Below are positions 26,085 through 32,000 of a stretch of 32,000 nt of DNA, in pieces; position 1 is the first letter of the stretch, and each line of letters begins with the position of its first letter. Source of the stretch: Halomicronema hongdechloris C2206 (GTDB taxonomy: Bacteria; Cyanobacteriota; Cyanobacteriia; Phormidesmidales; Phormidesmidaceae); NCBI RefSeq assembly GCF_002075285.3, contig NZ_CP021983.2:5190001-5222000 (forward strand). The letters run 5' to 3'. The translations under genes and the position numbers were made by a program. The notes beneath the pieces are model-generated. The model saw only the letters and a list, made by a program, of their open reading frames with translations, ran no database searches and was not told the DNA's origin.

Positions 26085-27731
26085 ATGTATCCAGTCACGA
26101 CTCCAGTGTTGCCCGATCGGTCCCTATGGATGTACGACACTACCCTGCGCGATGGAGCCCAGCGAGAGGGATTAGCCCTATCCATCGACGATAAGTTGCG
26201 CATTGCCCATCAACTAGACGAGTTGGGGGTGCCCTTTATTGAGGGGGGGTGGCCCGGAGCAAATCCCAAGGATGTGCAATTTTTCTGGCAATTGAAAGAA
26301 GAACCACTGCAGCAGGCGCAGATGGTGGCCTTCTGTTCCACCCGGCGTCCAGGACGACCGGCTGCCGAAGATACCATGTTGCAACCAATTCTGTCGGCGG
26401 GCACCGAGTGGATCACCCTCTTTGGTAAGTCTTGGGACTTACATGTTATCGAGGGCCTGAAGACCAGCCTGGACGAAAACCTGGCTATGATTGGCGATAC
26501 CATCGAGTTTCTGCGCCAGCAAGGACGTCGGGTCATCTATGATGCCGAGCACTGGTTTGATGGCTATAAGGCCGATCCGACCTATGCCCTGGCAACCCTG
26601 AAGACGGCCTTAGGGGCTGGGGCCGAGTGGTTGGTCCTCTGCGACACCAACGGTGGGGCCCTGCCCCCTGAGGTGGCAGACATCGTGGGCCAGGTGCGAA
26701 CCCAGCTGACGCAGGAGGCAGGCTCTCCCCTAGCTCTAGGGATCCATACTCATAATGATGGCGCTATGGCCGTGGCCAATGCCCTAGTGGCGGTGACTGC
26801 TGGGGCCACCATGGTGCAAGGCACCATTAACGGCTATGGGGAACGCTGTGGCAATGCCGACCTCTGTGCTTTGATCCCCAACCTACAGCTAAAGCTGGGC
26901 TACCACTGTATCCCTCCCCAACAATTAACCAAACTCACTGAAACCAGCCGCCTGATCAGCGAGGTGGTGAATTTAGCTCCCAATGACCATGCTCCCTTTG
27001 TCGGGCGCTCTGCCTTTGCCCACAAGGGCGGCATTCACGTCAGCGCCGTAGAACGCAATCCCCTCACCTATGAACATATTCAGCCAGAGCTGATTGGCAA
27101 TCACCGCCGCATTGTGATTTCTGATCAGGCTGGTCTCAGTAACGTACTCTCGAAGGCCCGGAGTTTTGGCATCGAGCTGACGAAGCAAAATCCCAGGTGC
27201 CGAGACTTACTGGATCAATTAAAGGCCCTGGAGCGGAAAGGCTATCAGTTTGAGGCGGCTGAGGCTAGCTTTGAACTGCTGATGCGTCAGGTACTGGGAC
27301 AGCGGCAATACTATTTTGAACTGCAAGGCTTTCAGGTCCATTGCGATCGCATGCCCGACGGCGACGACTGGCGTAGCCACTCCCTGGCCACAGTCAAGGT
27401 GAAGATCAACGGTCAGACCATTCTAGAAGCTGCCGAAGGCAACGGTCCGGTCGCTGCCCTAGATCAAGCCCTACGCAAGGCCCTGCTGAACTTTTATCCG
27501 GCCATGGCTCGGTTCTACCTGAGTGATTACAAAGTGCGCATCCTCGACAGCACCGCGGGCACCGCAGCCAAAACCCGCGTGCTGTTAGAATCCAGCGATG
27601 GCCATCAGCGCTGGACCACCGTGGGGGTCTCCACCAACATCATCGAAGCCTCCTATCAAGCTGTTGTAGAGGGCTTGGAGTATGGGCTCATGCTCCAAGA
27701 GACCGGGACTGCCCAGACCGCTAGTCCCTAG
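26085..27731 (+). CDS. cimA: (R)-citramalate synthase (LeuA-related)
   Basis: SLWMYDTTLRDGAQREGLALSIDDKLRIAHQLDELGVPFIEGGWPGANPKD, HTHNDGAMAVANAL, and a long C-terminal regulatory domain. ATG at 26085 (the track starts at TTG 26076). Confidence 0.85.
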   Translation: MYPVTTPVLPDRSLWMYDTTLRDGAQREGLALSIDDKLRIAHQLDELGVPFIEGGWPGANPKDVQFFWQLKEEPLQQAQMVAFCSTRRPGRPAAEDTMLQPILSAGTEWITLFGKSWDLHVIEGLKTSLDENLAMIGDTIEFLRQQGRRVIYDAEHWFDGYKADPTYALATLKTALGAGAEWLVLCDTNGGALPPEVADIVGQVRTQLTQEAGSPLALGIHTHNDGAMAVANALVAVTAGATMVQGTINGYGERCGNADLCALIPNLQLKLGYHCIPPQQLTKLTETSRLISEVVNLAPNDHAPFVGRSAFAHKGGIHVSAVERNPLTYEHIQPELIGNHRRIVISDQAGLSNVLSKARSFGIELTKQNPRCRDLLDQLKALERKGYQFEAAEASFELLMRQVLGQRQYYFELQGFQVHCDRMPDGDDWRSHSLATVKVKINGQTILEAAEGNGPVAALDQALRKALLNFYPAMARFYLSDYKVRILDSTAGTAAKTRVLLESSDGHQRWTTVGVSTNIIEASYQAVVEGLEYGLMLQETGTAQTASP

Positions 27732-27747
27732 CCTGCTCTCAGACCTG

Positions 27748-27840
27748 AGGGTGATGGGGAGATGGGGAGGACGGAGGACGGAGAGCGGAGGACGGAGGAG
27801 AGTTTTAAGGTCTTAGGGTTGAGTGTTGAGTTTTGAGTTC
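27748..27840. repeat. low-complexity purine-rich short tandem repeats followed by a TGAGTT-type repeat
   Basis: GGGTGATGGGGAGATGGGGAGGACGGAGGACGGAGAGCGGAGGACGGAGGAGAG, then TTGAGTGTTGAGTTTTGAGTTC. Confidence 0.6.
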
Positions 27841-27956
27841 TTCCGGTAATGATTGAATTCAATCCTCAACAGATCAACGGTCAAAACATCCTTTCCTGCA
27901 CAAGTCTGTCTCTGCTTTGGTTTACTCGTCAGATAGAAGAGCCCTATCGCCTCTTC

Positions 27957-28014
27957 GCCGATGCAACGCGATCCATCACTACTCACCGATATGACCTTCC
28001 GCGGGGTCCAGGGC
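27957..28014 (+). repeat. 58-nt dispersed repeat, copy A (followed by two GC hairpins)
   Basis: GCCGATGCAACGCGATCCATCACTACTCACCGATATGACCTTCCGCGGGGTCCAGGGC matches copy B at 49/58. Downstream hairpins: CCAGGGCG-GCGGAA-CGCCCTGG and CCGAGGGGA-ACGGGA-TCCCCTCGG. Confidence 0.7.
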
Positions 28015-28119
28015 GGCGGAACGCCCTGGCCGTAGGAGTCCGAGGGGAACGGGATCCCCTCGGATGAGCACCCCGAACCACATAATTAAGTGCGGTCTTA
28101 CCGAGGTTTATTACACCTT

Positions 28120-28177
28120 GCCGATGCAACGCGATCTATTGCTACTGACCAACAAGCCCTTCCACGGGGTCCAGGGC
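28120..28177 (+). repeat. 58-nt dispersed repeat, copy B
   Basis: GCCGATGCAACGCGATCTATTGCTACTGACCAACAAGCCCTTCCACGGGGTCCAGGGC. Confidence 0.7.
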
Positions 28178-28284
28178 AGTAGTTCGACAGGCTCACCACA
28201 AGCAGTTTTCCCCGTAAACCCAACTCAGCCCAGGATTATCGGTCCTAGGCTGAATCAAGGGGCATTAATCAGACCCTGGCGGGT

Positions 28285-28653
28285 CTAAGCACTCTCTGCA
28301 GTTTCCGTGCGGGGAGAGGAATCTAGGAAAATATCCGTTGCCTTCAACCGCAGCCCAGCCCGGGGCTGAGCATCCGCTTTAGCAATATAGGGCGATACAT
28401 CGATACTGCCACTGGCGATGATCAACGAGCCCTTCTTGATATAGTCCAGTTTGCGCCAGCCAGCGGATCCTTCCCAAATGGTGATCTCTACGGTGAAACT
28501 GTCGTTGTCCTTGCGGCTGGGAATCCGATCGACGTAGAGCGTCAAATGGGCCACTCGAGTCGAGCCACCGCTCTTGCGATCCACCTGACGAATCTCTGGA
28601 TCAGCGCCTACGTTACCGGCTAGGGTACAGACATTCAGACCTCGACTAGACAT
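28285..28653 (-). CDS. ssb: single-stranded DNA-binding protein, short OB-fold form without acidic tail
   Basis: 122 aa from ATG 28653, which is preceded by a GAGGAG RBS. LNVCTLAGNVGADPEIRQV...RVAHLTLYVDR...FTVEITIWEGSAGWRKLDYIKKGSLIIASGSI matches the SSB OB-fold pattern. There is no Gly-rich linker or DDDIPF tip. The track ORF extends to 28764 with no support. Confidence 0.75.
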   Translation of the reverse strand: MSSRGLNVCTLAGNVGADPEIRQVDRKSGGSTRVAHLTLYVDRIPSRKDNDSFTVEITIWEGSAGWRKLDYIKKGSLIIASGSIDVSPYIAKADAQPRAGLRLKATDIFLDSSPRTETAESA

Positions 28654-28979
28654 GATTTGAAGTCTCCTCTGAGAGAACATGAAGATTGGTGCAGAGCAGA
28701 GTTGCTCTGAGTCAGCCGTTACGCGTAGATGCTGATGATCAGGCTGTTGTGGAAGATGCACCACGGCCTGGGGCAGTCTGTGGGTAGCGGTCGACTGATC
28801 TTAAAGTGACCAGTTGCTGGGGCCGGCTAACTCGGAGAAATTACGGAATTTGACAGCTGCTTGATTCTTGGTCCTCTGACCTGTAGGGTCAAAATGCTGT
28901 CAGAGTCCCGTATCGCAGTGGTTTGGAGGGACTCCAAGTCAATTGACTGACATCTAGAATCCCTAACCCCCATGAGTCT

Positions 28980-29878
28980 ATGACGCCGCAGTCGATTCAA
29001 GTCGCGCCTCGCAGCCTCTGGTTAGCCGCGCTCAAGCCTCCGATGTATAGCGTCGCCATCATTCCCATTCTGGTGGGAACGGCGGTTGCCTATGCCGAGA
29101 CGGGGCAGGTTCAGATGGGCACATTTTTCACCTTTCTGGGGTCGGGGATTTTGATCTTGGCCTGGGAAAACCTGAGTAATGATGTCTTTGACTCTGAGAC
29201 TGGGATTGATGTCAATAAAGCCCATTCTCTGGTCAATTTGACCCGTAATAAACCCCTGATTTTCTGGGTGGGTAACCTCTTGTTGGCCCTAGGGATACTA
29301 GGGATTCTCATGGTTGCCCTGGGACAACAGGATGCCACGGTGTTGGGGCTGATTGGGCTCTGTTGCCTATTGGGCTATTGCTATCAAGGCCCGCCGTTTC
29401 GCCTGGGGTATCAAGGACTAGGAGAATTTCTCTGCTTTGCTAGCTTTGGGCCGTTGGGGGTAGGCGCTGCCTACTATAGTCAGGCCCAAACTTGGTCCCT
29501 GGGGAGTCAGTTGGCGGCCGTCATCGTCGGGATGACTACATCATTGGTGTTGTTTTGCTCTCACTTCCATCAGGTGAAGGACGATATCGCGGCTGGTAAA
29601 CGCTCTCCCATTGTGCGTCTGGGAACCCGGCGGGAGCTGAGTTGGTACCCTGGCTGTGTGCCAGTGTTTTCCTGGTCACCCTGGTTGCCATTGCCGCCGG
29701 ACAGTTTCCCCACTGGACTCTACTGATCATGGCCAGTGGCCCTCTAGCTTTGGGCCTGAGTCGCTATGTCCGCCGCTATCATGATCGACCAGAGCAGGTA
29801 AGCAATGCGAAATTCGTGGCCATTCGCTTTCATTTCTGGAGTGGGTTACTGCTGAGTTTAGGGTTTATGGTGGCCTAA
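28980..29878 (+). pseudogene. menA: 1,4-dihydroxy-2-naphthoate phytyl/polyprenyltransferase, one frameshift as sequenced
   Basis: UbiA-family pattern: LAALKPPMYSVAIIPILVG, NLSNDVFDSETGID, YQGPPFRLGYQGLGE, DDIAAGKRSPIVRLGTRR. The frame breaks at about 29631-29635 (CGGCGGGAGC appears to be one G short). It continues as GAELVPWLCASVF...HDRPEQVSNAKFVAIRFHFWSGLLLSLGFMVA in ORF 29642..29878. The stop overlaps the menC start (TAATG). Confidence 0.85.
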
Positions 29879-30888
29879 TGCCCTGCCATTTGAGGGTGCA
29901 GCCCTATGGGCGACGATTGCGTCGCCCCCTGACGACTGCCCATGGGTCCTGGCGAGTCCGTCGGGGCATTTTTGTGCGATTAGACATGGCTGGTCGGTTG
30001 GCTTTGGCGACATTGCTCCGATTCCCTGGTTTGGGACGGAGACCTGGGAGATGGCTGGGATTTTTGCCAGGGGCTAGGCAGCCAGATCGAGGTGGCAGGG
30101 TTATACGTCAGTTCCCTGCTCACTTACCGGCCTGTCAGGTGGGTCTGGCCTCAGCCCTGGCCCACGTCTCTCGGCAGTGGCGGCAGATGAAGTCCCTCAG
30201 TCCGGCCATGGTGGCAGGGCTCGTCCCGGCTGGGCCGGTGGCCTTAGAAGATTGGCAACCTCTCTGGTGGCAGGGCCATCGCTGCTTCAAGTGGAAAGTC
30301 GGGGCCTATCCTGTGGCAGCAGAGTTGGCCTGGCTGCGAGTTTGGCTGGCGACTCTGCCCCCTGGGGCGCGGGTGCGGTTGGATGCCAATGGTGGACTGA
30401 CCGAGGAGGCTGCCTGCGCGTGGCTGCAAGCGTGCGATCGCATCAACGCCACCTCATGCCAAATCGAGTTCCTGGAGCAACCCCTGCCTCCCGAGCAATT
30501 GCCTGCCCTGCGCCGCCTCAGTCGGGAGTACCGTACTCCCATTGCCTTGGATGAATCGGTGGCCACGGTCCACCAGCTGGTGCAGGTGCTACAGCAGGGA
30601 TGGCAGGGGATTGTGGTGCTCAAACCGGCCATTGCTGGCTCCCCCCAGACCTTGCAACAGATCTGCCAGCATTGGTCCCTCGACTGCGTCATTTCCTCAG
30701 CCCTGGAATCCCCCATTGGCCAGCGGGCGGTGCTGGCTAGGGTGCCAGCGTTAGGAACGACTCGAGCCCTGGGGTGGGGCGTCAATCATTGGTTTGACGA
30801 CGGCTGGGAGCACCTGTCGGATGAGCACATCTGGCAACGGGTAAGCCAAGACTCAGCGGCGGTGTTTGCCACTCGCAGCCATGGCTGA
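29878..30888 (+). pseudogene. menC: o-succinylbenzoate synthase, three 1-nt frameshifts near the 5' end as sequenced
   Basis: Enolase-superfamily MenC pattern: FKWKVG, RVRLDANGGL, IEFLEQPLP, IALDESV, VVLKPAI. The N-terminal third only reads correctly across three frames: ...GRL / GFGDIAPIPWFGTETWEMA / WDFCQGLGSQIEVAG / IRQFPAHLPACQVGLASAL. The shifts lie near 29994-30003, 30054-30057 and 30098-30102. Confidence 0.85.
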
Positions 30889-32000
30889 GTCCCTATCAGC
30901 TGCAACTCTGTGGCACTCGCGCTGGGGCCAAGACTGGCTGGTGGGCCTTGACTCGGCCGCTTTTTGGTCCCAAGTGGAGTATCGGTGTGGCCAATTACCG
31001 GCCTATTCAGTGGTGCTGCTGGCCGAGGCCGATCCCCTTGATTTCTTGGCCGGATTCTATGCTGCTTGTAGTAAATCATGCACCTTATTGCTGGCCAATC
31101 CCCACTGGCGGCAACGGGAGTGGCACCAGGTGGCTCAGGTGGGCATTGTGCCAGAGGTGATCTGGGGTAGCTGTTCCCCGACAGTATTCTCAAGGGTTGA
31201 TGGGAGCTCTTGGGCCCTGCCGCCCGCCGCCCTGCTCATCCCCACTGGCGGCTCTTCTGGACGGCTCCGCTTTGCCATCCACACCTGGAACACCCTGGCG
31301 GCGGCGGTGAGAGGGCTGCAGCAACATCTGCGAGTAGATGGTATCAATGCCTATTGTGTGCTGCCGCTATACCACGTCAGTGGCCTGATGCAGGCTGTGC
31401 GCACCCTACTATCGGGGGGACAGTTGGCCCTACAACCGTTTAAGGCTTTGGAGCAGGAAGGTCCCCTGAAGATTGATCCGGCAGAATTTGTCCTATCGTT
31501 GGTGCCAACCCAATTGCAGCGGCTGTTACGACGAAGCGCGGCAGCCTGGTTGCAACAATTTCAGGCCATCTTCTTGGGGGGGGCTCCGGCCTGGCCCGCC
31601 CTGTTAGCCCAAGCCCAGGGGTTGCCCCTGGCCTTGACCTACGGCATGACTGAAACGGCGGCCCAAATAGCGACCCTGTTGCCGGCAGAATTTCGGGCCG
31701 GCCACCGCTCTAGTGGCCGCTGCCTACCCCATGGGCAGATCACCATTGTCGATGCTGAGGGTCGGCCACTACCCCCTGGCTCGGTGGGCCAGATCCAGAT
31801 TCAGGCCAAGTCTTTGGCCCTGGGCTATGTGCCAGGGCCAGGATTGCAGGCCAGCCAATTTCTCCCCGACGATCTGGGGTATGTGGATGCAGCGGGGTAT
31901 TTGCATGTCGTTGGTCGCGGCAGCACCAAAATCATCAGCGGGGGCGAGAATATCTTTCCGCAGGAAGTGGAGGCGGCCTTGCTAGCCACTGGCCGAGTGG
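30881..32000 (+). CDS. menE: 2-succinylbenzoate-CoA ligase (partial, runs off the window)
   Basis: My own translation from ATG 30881 (ATGGCTGA overlap with the menC stop) stays open to 32000. Motifs: LIPTGGSSGRLRF (AMP-binding motif), LTYGMTETAAQIA, LPDDLGYVDAAGYLHVVGRGSTKIISGGENIFPQEVE. Not listed in the ORF track, presumably because it has no stop in the window. Confidence 0.85.
   Translation, partial: MAESLSAATLWHSRWGQDWLVGLDSAAFWSQVEYRCGQLPAYSVVLLAEADPLDFLAGFYAACSKSCTLLLANPHWRQREWHQVAQVGIVPEVIWGSCSPTVFSRVDGSSWALPPAALLIPTGGSSGRLRFAIHTWNTLAAAVRGLQQHLRVDGINAYCVLPLYHVSGLMQAVRTLLSGGQLALQPFKALEQEGPLKIDPAEFVLSLVPTQLQRLLRRSAAAWLQQFQAIFLGGAPAWPALLAQAQGLPLALTYGMTETAAQIATLLPAEFRAGHRSSGRCLPHGQITIVDAEGRPLPPGSVGQIQIQAKSLALGYVPGPGLQASQFLPDDLGYVDAAGYLHVVGRGSTKIISGGENIFPQEVEAALLATGRV

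Noticed and set aside
27849-28288. Two tandem ORFs (72 and 74 aa) between cimA and ssb.
   Set aside because: Each spans one copy of the 58-nt repeat and its hairpins. Neither has a convincing RBS, and the translations are unremarkable. They are better explained as repeat-element DNA.
28654-28764. Upstream extension of the ssb ORF (MVHLPQQPDHQHLRVTADSEQLCSAPIFMFSQRRLQI).
   Set aside because: An SSB-like OB fold begins at MSSRGLNV. That ATG (28653) is preceded by a GAGGAG Shine-Dalgarno sequence, and the extension has no family similarity.
1-32000. tRNA, rRNA, tmRNA, RNase P, 6S or SRP RNA genes in intergenic gaps longer than 100 nt. Gaps examined: 1407-1596, 2864-3156, 9388-9678, 10646-10789, 25702-26084, 27732-28284 and 28654-28979.
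   Set aside because: No cloverleaf-compatible acceptor/T-arm pattern or known conserved RNA boxes were seen by eye. This is a weak negative until tRNAscan and Infernal are run.

Overview
32-kb chromosomal window from a cyanobacterium. Evidence: the photosystem I assembly gene ycf3, phylloquinone men genes, and about 19 copies of the HIP1 palindrome GCGATCGC, all located after 7.0 kb. Housekeeping content: a multi-PAS/GAF histidine kinase, gatC, ycf3, a REC-GGDEF(degenerate)-EAL regulator, aroA, an FAD oxidoreductase, a DHNA-CoA-thioesterase-like hotdog protein, fused thiO-thiG, cimA, a short ssb, and menA-menC-menE. Accessory content falls in two regions. (i) 1-6.3 kb is lower-GC and HIP1-free. 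It holds an O-antigen-ligase-like gene, a strongly AT-rich convergent pair of orphan genes, and a nest of three insertion sequences: an ISL3 transposase remnant split by a 1165-bp ISKra4-like element (12-bp IRs, 8-bp target duplication) and then truncated by an IS4-family element. (ii) 14.7-21.4 kb is an island of Uma2/DUF820 putative endonuclease paralogues: two intact, one 465-aa fusion with a nucleotidyltransferase-like tail, and three truncated. This island also contains a 367/386-bp segmental duplication, a second IS4-like element joining unrelated gene stumps, and orphan 3' tails of a CHAT-protease gene and a type I hsdM gene. As sequenced, aroA, menA and menC carry local frameshifts, which are either pseudogenes or indel errors. 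No rRNA, tRNA or CRISPR array was seen. All family calls come from reading the translations, not from database searches.
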